Made by a program: the position numbers and the translations under genes. A DNA stretch of 64,000 bases from Lama guanicoe (Eukaryota), in the NCBI GenBank assembly GCA_013239625.1, contig MU053379.1:1966866-2030865 (forward strand), given 5' to 3'. Of this stretch, positions 12,410 to 22,859 are shown piece after piece. Below the pieces are notes generated by a model that saw only the letters and a program-made list of their open reading frames with translations, searched no databases and had not been told where the DNA came from. How positions within the stretch are numbered: position 1 is the first letter of the stretch; each line of letters starts with the position of its first letter.

Positions 12410-12840
12410 CTCAGCTAAATTCAAATGTCCACTTGGAGAAGGGGTTGCAGGAGATGAATTCCTGACCCGACTCTAGCCAGAGAGGGACAGCAATCCCAAT
12501 GTCGAGCTAGGAAATGATGTGATAAATGATGGTAGGTCCAGAGCATCAAATATGATGTCACTGTTTAAAGTCGTGTCTGTGAACAATTTTAATGACGTAG
12601 GAAAGTGCCCATGATACTGTATTAAGTTTTTAAGAAAAAAGATCTTAAACTTTTTTTGTAGTAACACAGCTATATGAAATATATACGTGCACAAAATATA
12701 AGTGGAATAGAGTGGTCTTGAAAGTTAACATTGGGCATCTCTGGGAAGTAGGGTTATGTTTATCATTAATTTTGATATTTTTCTGCATCTTCCAGTGTTT
12801 GAATGTCCGTGTATTACCTCTCTAATCTGAAAAATGAACT
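12410..12840 (+). mobile_element. Ancient L1 (L1ME-like) 3'UTR
   Basis: aaatgtccac...aatgacgtaggaaagtgcccatgata...aaagttaacattgggcatctctggga pattern. Confidence 0.55.
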
Positions 12841-13349
12841 ACATGGACACTTGTCGAATGCCAGAGTTCAGACGAATTCATCGCACAGATAGTCAGTTAT
12901 AGAACAAGAAAGAGTGGTGAGCAGAGGGGCATTGCTTAGAAGGACGTTGAAAGAGGCCAGGGAACAAAGCAAGTGCTTTACAAGGAGCCGGGAGACTTTA
13001 TCAGAAAGCTTATTAAGGCCTAGAAAGAATTCTGACGGAGAAGCACAGCGATGTGGTCCCCAGAGGGGGGGAGAATTAAACTGTCCGTTTGCCCAAAGGC
13101 ATTAGACAGTGTCCTTGAAGAAACTGATCCACTGTGCTGTTGTGACCCCAGAAGATAAGAGGATGGAAGGAAGTGCCTTGCTGGGCGTCTCAGACACGTT
13201 TAGAGGGAAAATGAAAATGCCGTGCTCTGTCCTGAGATGGGTCTCGAACAGTTTCACCGCAAGAAGGACGGTCTGAGGAGGAGAAAGCACAGGAGGGTGC
13301 AAGCGGGAGCAGCTGATGGCGGGGAGGGGAAGGTATTTTATTTGCTTTC

Positions 13350-13535
13350 AATTTTTTTTCCTTTTTTATTTGCAGTAGGGTCGGGTCACAGCGTTGTGTC
13401 AGTTTCTGGTGCACAGCATCGCGGCTCAGTCACACGCACACACACGTGTTCTGGTTCAGGTTCTTTTTCATTATAGGTGACTGCAGGGTATTGACACAGT
13501 TCCCCGTGCTGTACAGTGGGGCCTGTTGTTGATCA
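13350..13535 (-). mobile_element. Young artiodactyl-type L1 3' end, strongly GC-shifted
   Basis: Aligns by eye with the copies at 15448 and 55026 (ttctttttcattatagg...cagttccccgtgctgtacagt); T-rich tail on the left. Confidence 0.85.
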
Positions 13536-15422
13536 GCCCGCTTCTCAGATCTGGGTCTTCCAAGGGCATCGGCAGCAAGGCGTGAGTTGGACTCTCTGGC
13601 AGGGAAACGCTCTGGTCGTTGGAACCATCGCGCTTTGACGCAGGCGTGAGGCAGGCCAGCTTGAGGTAGAAGTGACTTCGGGAAAATAAATCGGGAGCAG
13701 CGGAGGCGTCCCTACAGAGCATCTATTGGCTCCTCCCTCAAAGCTCTGGCCATCTTCCCATCGGTTTGGATAATTGTGGGTTATGGTTTTGAGACATGAA
13801 AACCCCAATGTTCTATTTCAGTGGCCTCTGATAGGGCCTCTCTCCGGCAGCTGCACACTGTGGCTTTGGGCTTTCCCTTGACACTTCCAGAATGCTCCTG
13901 TGTTGACTGATGTCTTTGGTGGACTCGCTTTGCGTCCCTCTCAGGGTGCGCCGGACATAGGACATTCACCTCGGGAGCTGCAGCAGGAATTCCTTACAGC
14001 CCCTCACTCCGCACACCTGTTCCTCGTGTTTTCAGCTTCAAGTGCGCATGGGGTCATAGCCTCTTCTGCGACAATAGGGGACACTTTTGAAGGATTAAAC
14101 GACAGTGTTCCTGGGTCCCGCACTGGGCAGATTTCAAACCCCGGACTAGCAATTTAGAGCATTTGGCCTGAGAATGGATCTCATGCTATTTTGGTTCAAA
14201 CTCATCCAACGCATCTTTGTTTCAAGCCTAATGAAATTAAACCCTCGTGAAATTGTTCAGGTAGAGGGAGGGACCCGGACAAAGAAAAGCACTCTGGCTG
14301 GGATGGTCAGACGGAGCCAAAAACTCCTGTGGGACAGAGATAGGGAAAGAACCGAGAAGGTGGCGACCATCGAATTTCCCCCGAGGATGAAACGCCAAGT
14401 TGGAAAACAAAAGCAGGCTAGGAGGGGTACAGGGGAGGGAGGAGACTCACCCAAAGGCTGCAGCCTCCAGCCTGCCTGGAGAAGGTTATTTCAAGGTCTC
14501 CTGCGGCACAGCGCAGGGAGCTCGGTTTGGATGCCCCTGTGCCTTAGTGTCTTGCGAGATCAGGCCGTTTACTCACAGCCCGAATCCCCTGCACTTCGCC
14601 ATGTGGGGACTCACAGCTGGACAGCCTGCGAATTGTCACCCGGTCGGCTTCTAGCCACTAAGCTCTCCCAGTAACCAGCCAGCTTATATTTGACATACCC
14701 CTGTCAAAGACACTGCAGTGTTTTCAGGACAAAAATAAAAGATAGTCAGGATTGGAAACACTGGCTTAAATGGGAAAGGGCCTTCTAACTTGAAACGTGC
14801 TGTGGGGTTGCGCCATCTTGGCTGGAGAGCTCCAAGTGGGGAGGTCGGGCGTGTCCATCTGGGACACCCCCACAGTCTGTCCACACCCGCAGTAACGTTC
14901 AAGCCTCAGTCACTGGGAAAAGCCAAATCCAGAAGTCTGAGGCTGGAGGGACTGGCCTGGACCTGTAGGTAGTGATGTTTGAAGTCAGACCCTTTTCTAA
15001 AAACGAAGGAAGAAAATGGAAAAATGCAAACACAAGTTTATGATGCCTCCATGGCGTGTCCTGGGCAAAGTCAAGATGCAGTGAATATTTGTTGTGTACA
15101 TAAATAAACGGTGCCTGACAAGGAGATTCCCTGGCCTTTATGACAACAGAAAAGTACAGAAGAACTGGAGAAAATACTGAAGGTTTAGAAAAATTTCCTA
15201 GCCCCTCTTTAAGGAGAGGATCACCAAGTTCCCCGTGGGCCCTCGTGAGCTGCCCCGCCGTATGCCCTGTCTTTTAAAGGAGTCCTGGCCAGGAAGCTTC
15301 CTGAAGGTGCAAGTTCCAGCGACACTGCCTGCCTCCTCTGGTTCCTGGTTTTAGTTCCTTTCAAGTAATCATCTCTCACTTTGCCCTCAACCCCGCCTTT
15401 GCAGTACAGACTAATGATTATG

Positions 15423-15646
15423 GTTTGGTTTGTTTTGCTTTGTTTTGTTGAAGTATAGTCGATTTACGATGTTGTGTTAATTTCTGGTATATGGTTTAGT
15501 GATTCATTTATGCATATATATATATATATATGTATTCCTTTTCAGATTCTTTTTCATTGTAGGCCATTACGAGGTACTAAATACAGTTCCCTGTGCTCTG
15601 CAGTAGGACCTTGCTGTTTGCCTAGTTTATATATAGTAGTTCATAT
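15423..15646 (-). mobile_element. Young artiodactyl-type L1 3' end with TSD
   Basis: ttgaagtatagtcgatttac...(TA)n...atacagttccctgtgctctgcagtaggaccttg. TSD ctaatgatta(t/c)g at 15411-15422 and 15647-15658. Confidence 0.9.
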
Positions 15647-15749
15647 CTAATGATTACGTTGTGATTCACAACTTCCTGTTCTGAAGCAAGTGACCAGGAG
15701 GAAGAGCAGAAGTCTCTGTGACGTGGTACCGTAGTTCCCTAGAACAGGA

Positions 15750-16660
15750 ATATCTTAGTAAAGCTCCCAGCCAGAAGTATGTAATGTAAACGCACTGAAA
15801 GAAAGCAGGATGCAACCAGCCGATAGTTTTGACTTCATAACGTTTTAAGGTCTCTCTCTGTAGTGCCGTCTCTAACACAGCTAACCAGCAGACATCAAGC
15901 TGGGAGGTGTTTGGAACAAACAGCACAGGAGGGGAAGGTGACTATCCCTAATGTATCCCTAATACAAATCGGCAAGGAAAACATTAAGACCCAAAATAGA
16001 CATCCAAGTAAAGGACAAATGAATCCCCAAAGAGGAAACGCAAACGGCTCATCAACATAGGACCACACGTCCAGCCTCCCTGGTTTTCAACAAGATGCAA
16101 ATTGGAGTAAGCAGGGAACCTCATCTCCCCGATCAGATTCACAGAGATGCTAAGGCGATGGTCCAGAAGAAGGTGCAGCCTGATACGATGCTTTGTGTCA
16201 CTCAAGCAAAGCACCGACTTCCTGGAAAACAGTTGGCCCGGACGCATCAAGAGCCTTAAAATACACGGGTGCCCTTTGACCCCAAAAGTCAGCTCCTGGA
16301 AATGTATCTGGAGAAAGTCCTCAAAGATGTGAGCCCTCTTGGTGTGCAAGACATTCATAACAGACATGTGGGTTATTAAATCACTAATTATAGAAGAGCT
16401 GAAATGCATCAAATTAGGAGATGCATCAATAATTATAGCTTATCTGTTCCATGAAATATAGAGCCTGAAACATGCGGCGTGTGAGCAGTGCTCCATGGCC
16501 GGGGAAAGCTCCTAAGATAAAACATGAGGAGAAAAAATGGGGAAAATACCACCACAGAGGATTTCATCTATGTTTTTGAAAACAGAAAGAGACTGAAAGA
16601 AAATGCCAAATCCTCACATCAGTGATTTTAGGGTAATGAGATTATGGGGAACCATTATAG
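15750..16660 (+). mobile_element. Ancient L1 (L1ME-like) ORF2 end and 3'UTR
   Basis: gatagttttgacttcataa...tacaaatcggcaaggaaa...ccctttgacccc...ctcctggaaatgtatc follows the order of the L1 ORF2 C-terminus. Confidence 0.65.
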
Positions 16661-16691
16661 CCTTTTGAAATGCTTCCCCGAGATTTTCCAG

Positions 16692-16753
16692 AAACGGTAT
16701 CTCTTCCTTTTAAATAGAAAATAAACGGTATCTCTTCCTTTTAAATAGAAAAT
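16692..16753. repeat. Perfect 31-bp tandem duplication
   Basis: aaacggtatctcttccttttaaatagaaaat x2 (16692-16722, 16723-16753). Confidence 0.95.
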
Positions 16754-17099
16754 AATAGTGAGCTGTCACAGGTGTCTTCCAGCATGCCCTCCGTCTGTGC
16801 ACACTTGACCTATAAATTACATCATGTGCCCTGTCATGCTGCCCTTTCTGCCCTGCCTGTCAAAAAGCCAAGATCAACTTTAATTCTCAAAATAAATAAT
16901 AGTCTTGACTTAGTGTCGTGTTTTTCCCCACCTCTCTTAGTAAGTATCACGTTGCCCCTTTTGTATTTATTTTTATAGCGTGTGTCTGTAATTAGAAACG
17001 TCAGGTCTTTTATATCTTGAAGTAAATTCCATCATGAGCACAGACACACATATTGATGAGGTTTTAGAGTCGATGGAAAGCATTGAACACAATTGGAGT

Positions 17100-17255
17100 T
17101 TTTTGTTTGTTTTTAACACTTTTATTGTGGTGTAATTCCTGTTCAGTAGACTGCGCACATTTCAGATGTACAGTTTGATGAATTTTGTTAGTTATATATA
17201 CCTGTGAAACCACCACCACAGTCAAGGTAGCTAACATGGCCATCACTCCCCAACA
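17100..17255 (-). mobile_element. Old L1 (L1MB/L1ME-like) extreme 3' end
   Basis: ttttattgtggtgtaatt...gtacagtttgatgaatttt...tgtgaaaccaccaccacagtcaag. Confidence 0.75.
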
Positions 17256-17257
17256 GG

Positions 17258-18035
17258 TGCCAATTTTGAACTCCTGATTTATCCCTTCCCATCCCCTTTA
17301 CCCCCTGGTAATCGTAAGTTTGTTCTCTATGTCTGTGAGTCTGTTTCTGTTTTGTAGATAAGTTCATTTGTGTCCTTTTTTTAAGATTTCACATACAAGC
17401 AATATCATATGGTGTTTTTCTTTCTCTTTCTGGCTTACTTCACTTAGAATCACAATCTCCATGTTCATCCATGTTGCTGCAAATGCATTATTTTATTCTT
17501 TTTTATGACTGAGTAGTATTTCATTGTGTAAATATACCACACCTTCTTTATCCAGTCCTCTGTCAGTGGAGTTTAGGTTGTTCTTATGTCTTGGCTGCTA
17601 TGAACATTGGGGTGCATGTGTCTTTTTGAATTTTATTCTTCTCTGGATGTATGCATAGGAGTGGGATTTCTGGATCACACAGTAAGCCTAGTTTTAGTTT
17701 TTTAAGGAACCTCCATACTGCCCTCCATAGTGGCTGCAGCAAACTACGTTCCCACCAACAGTGTAGGAGGGTTCCCTTTTCTCCACATCCTCTCCAGCAT
17801 TTATCTTTTGTGGACTTTTTAATGATGGCCATTCTGGCTGGTGTGAGGTGAATCTCACTATAGTTTTGATTTGCATTTTTCTAACAATTAGTGATGTTGA
17901 GCATCTTTTCATGTACTTGTTGACCATCTGTCTGTCTTCTTTGGAGAGATGTCTGTTTAGGTCTTCTGCCCATTTTTGATTGGGTTGCTTTTTTTTTCTC
18001 AGTATTAAGCTGTGTGAGCTGTTTGTATATTTTTA
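17258..18035 (-). mobile_element. Young artiodactyl-type L1 (ORF2 C-terminus plus partial 3'UTR)
   Basis: ORF 17584..17832(-) [28 protein letters not shown]...QPLW...WRFLKKL...DTCTPMFIAA is the L1 ORF2 cysteine-rich C-terminus. Confidence 0.92.
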
Positions 18036-18279
18036 ACCCAGCTGCCCATCCATCTGGTGGGACCACACTGTGGCCCCTGGGGACTGCACCGCCAAGGGGT
18101 GTGAAGGAGTCTCGGGGTTGCCTAGTTGTAGCTGCTTTCCTAGCTGTTCCCTGAGCCAAGCTCCTGATGCAGTGCCTCCTTCCACTTGCACAGAGACTGA
18201 GGCAACCCCAGGCTCAGAGACCTTAATTCAGGATCTCGAAATATCTCAGCTTCAGTTGCTCCAGTGGCTGCGCCTGAGC

Positions 18280-18470
18280 AAGCACTTAGGTGGAGGTGGT
18301 GGTCCCAGGAAGCATGGCCAGGGAGGGAGGAAGGCAGGCAGGGTGCATCTGGGGGCCAGTGGCTGTGGGTAGCCGGGGCTCAGCCCCGCTGGGACCCACC
18401 AAGTGATGAGGAAGCAGGAGTCTTTGTCCACCCATCGCTTCCCCCTTTGGCTGAGCATCATTGGATTGCT
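18280..18470 (-). mobile_element. LTR16A-like ERVL LTR fragment
   Basis: ggaggtgg...tcccaggaagca...gggctcagccccgctggg...gagtctttgtccacc; similar to the copy at 48430-48730. Confidence 0.5.
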
Positions 18471-18982
18471 CACTCCCTGACACTCTGGCCAGTCCTACTG
18501 AGCCTGTTCTCTGGCCAGAGAACTGTTGCAAACAGGGGAGAACATGGGGCGCTGCCTACCTGGAGGGAATTATCTGCAGGTGATCTCCATGGAGAGTCAA
18601 GGTCAGCGGGACCAGACATCCTGGCCCCAGAGCTGTGCTTGTAACCACTGCACTAAATTGCTCGTGGGGTCTTTTATAAGGTGCAGAGCTGGAACAGCTC
18701 TGGGAGAGAGGATGGTCTGACACTGGCTGGACTTGCCTAGTCCATTAGGTGATGATGCAGGTGTCACGTGTCAGGGGAGCAGGCGCTCAGGGAGCAAGGG
18801 CTGTGCGTGGGCACCTCTGGCATGATGCACCCCAGGAAGAATCGAGGATACTCTTCTGCTCGGCATGCTGACAAGGACCTGGCTTCAGACCTGGGCAGTG
18901 CTCCGAGTTCAGCATCCTTTGCAGCCATCCCTTAGATGGAGAAGTTCTGCCCCTTGCCTGGCAGCTTTGGCAGAAATGCTGC

Positions 18983-19156
18983 CAGTGGTTCTCAGCCTCG
19001 GCAACACATCATGATCACCCTGGGACCTTTCAAAAGACATATGCCTCTGTCCCGCCGCTAGAGCGACGGAAGTAATTAGTCTGCGGTGCATGCTGAGATA
19101 GGGAGCTTTAAAATTCTCCCCAGGTGTTTCTGATGAGCAGCTACAGCTAATGAGAA
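18983..19156. mobile_element. MER5-like hAT-Charlie MITE
   Basis: Starts cagtggttctca; internal atcaccctggg; ends ctccccaggtgtttctgatg...tgagaa. Confidence 0.75.
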
Positions 19157-19459
19157 AGTTCTAAAAGCTCAAGCAGGAAGTCCCGATTGCAAGCAAGTAT
19201 AATTTTAGCGATCAGGAAGGAATTTCTCATTTCTTTATGAAATCCTGCCTAGTGAGTGGCGGTGGGGGCAGGGGGGAGACAGGGACCCAGCAGAGGGATG
19301 TGCGAGCAAGGCCCTTCTGCCTGCAGGCCACCGGTGGAAGGAGCGTCTGTGAGTGAAATTGATTGGTGATTGATCGGCAAGTAATCTGGAGAGGTTCGCT
19401 GTCGGAAGGCCCTGTCTCTGTCACTTCCTGGCCATCGAAGCCTGCTTACCGGCTGTGCC

Positions 19460-19545
19460 TCTTTAGCTCTCAAACTTCAGTTTCCACACCTCTAAAATGG
19501 GGATGTGCACTGAGAAATCGCACGTGAACTGTGTGCCTAGCATGC
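19460..19545 (+). mobile_element. MIR core fragment
   Basis: cttcagtttccacacctctaaaatggggat matches the MIR core. Confidence 0.6.
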
Positions 19546-20319
19546 ACGGGGCAGACACGGGCAGCAGCCCCTGCCCCACGTGCAGCTGGACTGGCCAAGG
19601 GTGGGTCCATGTTCTGGATCACAGCGAAGCTGTGTCCATGCAGCAGGGGATGCTGGCTCTTCTCTGCGGTGCTGGGCGGCCAGATGCCATGTGAAGGAGA
19701 CAACTGAGGGGCAAACTCAAAGGGAGGGAAGATCGCCCTTCCTCCAGCTTTTCCTGCTCCACCCGCTCAGCCCCAACCACAGAAACCAAGAGCCAGCAGC
19801 AATTGGAGTGCAGCGTGATAAAAGGCCTGCAGTGGGTCTGAGAGAGGCGGCTGGCCGTGGCCGTTAGGACGGAAGACATTTACAGACTCTCAGGGTGCTT
19901 TCTCTGCCCGGGAACAGCCAAGCAGGAGCCCCGGAGGTGGGAGGGGTTTTCATGGACATCGGCAGCCCCAGGGTCTGCAAAGTTGTTCTCTCTCTGCTCC
20001 CAGGGTTCACTTTCTGATTTGGGGCGGACCCTGAACGGGCTCAGCCCTCCAGAACGCCATGAGCTGTTATCCACAACACAGTGTCATCCAGAGCTGAGCA
20101 GAGACAAACAGTAAGAGAGCAGGAAGGCATCCTGCTACGTGGGGAGGGCGGCGTGTTTGGAGGCGTCCCTGCCCGGCTCCCACAGGGGTCAGGCTGTCGA
20201 CACTGCGGGTGCCGGGTCCCGACAGTGCAGTCAGGATTTGAAGCCGCTTCTCCCCAGGGAGCCTGCTGTTTGGTGCAGGACACGGGGGCATCAGTCCCCT
20301 TCCGTGCGGCTTGGTGCAG

Positions 20320-20670
20320 GGTGTGAGGGAGGTAGCACCCAAGCCTGGGGGGTGTGCAGGAAAGGCATTTGTCCAGCAAGGAGTCTTGTCTGAGACAAGT
20401 TTAAAGGAGAAGTTACAGTATGGAAAGGAAGAAAGGAATCCTTAATGGTGGAAGGAACCCCAGGGGCCTGGCTGATTGGGGAGGGAAGGCCCAGTGTGAC
20501 AGAGGGACTGCGGGCTGGCCAGTGTGGAGGGGGCGGCAGGTGCAAGGCGTGGGAGGTGGTGGCAGTGACAAGAAATGAAGTTGGCAGGTGGATCGGGCGG
20601 AGACCGGACACGCAAGACCCTTTGCGGGGTCAGAGTCTCGACTTCACTCTGTGAGCGACCACAGCGGGGA
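20320..20670 (-). mobile_element. L2 fragment
   Basis: caggaaaggc...ctgagac...aaggagaag...gaaatgaagttggcaggtg...gacttcactctg. Confidence 0.55.
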
Positions 20671-20687
20671 AGGACTTTCTCTCCAGC

Positions 20688-22130
20688 TTTTTATTCTGAA
20701 AGTTCCACACCTGCAGAAAAGGTGGAAGGGTAGTGCAGGGAATAACCGCCCTACCTGTGGATTCTCAGATGGTTAACGCCTGCCCGTGGACCTTCTCTCC
20801 TTCCCTCTGTATTTTTTTTTCCAGAATCTTTTTCCAAAGATTCTGTGGATGGGTTACAGACACTGTGACTCAGTACTTGAGCATGGGTCCCTAGGAAGAA
20901 AGCATATTTGTTTTCCTACACAGCCACAGTGCCAGCGTCACCCGCAAAGACTGAGCCGTGACAGTGCATTGAATGTGTTATCTGACATCCGGTCCATAGT
21001 TAAATGTCCTCCATTCTCCCCAAATGAACTTAAAACTCTTCTGTCCTTTGTCTGGGGTCTGATCAAGGGGGGCAGGTTGCCTCTGGGGACGTGGCTCTGG
21101 TCTCCTTCCATGTGGAATTGTCCCCCCACTTCTCGCTGTGCCCTGTTTTCCTTGGTTGACGTTTGCTGAGTGCAGGCCAGCTGTGTAGATCCTGTCCCCT
21201 CGTCTGGATCCGTGTGACTGTTCACTCAGAATTAGACAAAGGCTAAACGTCTTTGGCAAAAGCATCACTGGAGCGGTGTGGTCTTCCCACTGCCTCGCGG
21301 CAGGGGCCCGCGATGCCAGCGTGTCTGGGCGTTGCCTGGCCGCGTCCTTCCCTGCACTGTCACCGCGGCCCCTCGGCGGTGCGCAGACACCGCACCCTCC
21401 GCGGCTGAGGGCGTCTCTGCAGCCCTGTCTTCCCTCCTCCGTTGGTAGGTTGGTGTTCTCTTCGGAAAACTCCCCACCACACCCCACTTTAGACCCACAG
21501 GACTCATTAGTTCATTAATGCCACTCTGCTCGTGATGCTCAGATTGTCCCCACTGGGCCCATGGGAGCCCCTCAGCTCAGCCCCTGTGTCCCCGTGGGCC
21601 CCCGTTCCATCCTGAGCACTTCCGGGCTTCCTGCCTCACTGGCTGCTTCGGTGCCCCAGGCTTGGAACTGACCGCTTCTCCGAGGAGCCCTGGTTCCTTT
21701 CTGCGAGAAGCAATCACTGGAAACTAGGGTCCGGGTGCCGACTGTGTTCTGTGACGCAGAAGTGTCACTGCTTCTCGGCCTTTGTGTAGAGAGTGTTGGG
21801 AAAGTATATTTTTTTAAAACTTACACGTTTACACCGGTAATACCAATCCATCACAGGGTTCCTCCCCACGTCCCCTGCTTCCACTTCCCCACACTGGTTC
21901 CCAAGTATGTTAACACGTTGTTTCTGTGACCAGTCTCCGAGGGCTGGGCCCTTGGTTGTTTCCAATGTTCTGCTGTTGCAGACGATGCCGTGGTGAATTA
22001 TTTCGGTGCGTGAACGTGGGTCTTCCCGGCAACCTCCTGAAAATGGGGCTGCTGCACAGAAGGGCAGATGCTCGGGCAGTTCTGTGAGATGCTTGCCCGG
22101 TCCCTTCCGCGGTCCCTTCCATGCAGGCCG
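20688..22130 (-). mobile_element. L1MC4-like 3'UTR, GC-shifted
   Basis: ttttattctgaaa...cctgcagaaaag...gatgctcagattgtccc...gggagcccct...tgagcacttcc...ttctccgaggagccctggttccttt are characteristic of the L1MC4-type 3'UTR. Confidence 0.75.
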
Positions 22131-22159
22131 GAGCCTGTGCGTTTTCAGACAGTTCTGGT

Positions 22160-22410
22160 GGATGGTGGATTGGAGAGGAAATGAGGTCGGACATGGGGGT
22201 CACTGTGGGGGTCCAGGTGAGAGATGCCTCAGTGTCTGAACTGTGACAGTGGGACAGGGGCGGGAGATGGGGGCAGGCCCAGGGGCTTAGCTCTGAGTGG
22301 ACGTGGCTGGTGAGGGAATAAACAGGACAGCAGCACAAGGGAATGAAGAGACTCCCAGGTGTTTGGGCTGAGGTTAGGGGGCAGTTTGGTGTCCACACTG
22401 AGACAGGAAA
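22160..22410 (-). mobile_element. L2 fragment
   Basis: ggattggagagg...gtccaggtgagagatg...gactcccaggtgtttgg. Confidence 0.6.
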
Positions 22411-22427
22411 CAGGAGGAGGAAGAAGC

Positions 22428-22565
22428 CGTGTGTGTCTATGTGTCTATGTCTATGTGTCTGTCTGTGTGTTTGTGTGTGTGTGTGTCTGGGGGCATCATC
22501 TGTGCACGTGGTGCATGTGTGTGAGCGTGTCTGTGTCTGTATGCGTGTGCCCACACACGTGTGTG
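22428..22565. repeat. Degenerate (TG)n / (tctatgtg) simple repeat
   Basis: Visible alternating TG tract. Confidence 0.85.
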
Positions 22566-22859
22566 AAAGAGTTTAGGACGCAGCCGTGCAGAGGCCTGGA
22601 GCACGTGCGTGCAGCAGGAGGAGGGCGGTAGGAACTGTGACTGGGGTTGGGATCGGCACATGCACTGCCGAGTGTCCCCATTCTGGACGCCCCAGGAAGG
22701 TGGCTCACTGGCTGTACCTTCCTCAGATGCCCCTGTGGACCCAGCTTTAAACTCAGAGCTGCTTCCCCTGAAAGGATGTCTGGAGGCCGAGGGAAGATGT
22801 GGTGAGCACGTGATGGGAAAGGGGAACCAACTGCTGTGAAGAAATCAGTGGCTTTGTTG

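Noticed and set aside
14174..14674. 166-aa ATG-initiated ORF
   Set aside because: No recognised homology or domain and no supporting gene structure. Its length is unremarkable for this GC content.
17584..17927. L1 ORF2-like peptides as functional CDS (also 1379-1576 and 55259-55660)
   Set aside because: Short, frameshifted fragments of truncated elements.
15423..18035. One young L1 split by a 1.6-kb insertion (the 15423 piece ends about where the 17258 piece begins in consensus)
   Set aside because: The 15423-15646 piece has its own TSD, so it is a complete independent insertion, and the intervening DNA consists of much older repeats.
21910..22554. 214-aa minus-strand ORF
   Set aside because: It spans a (CA)n repeat (HTHT runs), an L2 fragment and an L1 fragment.
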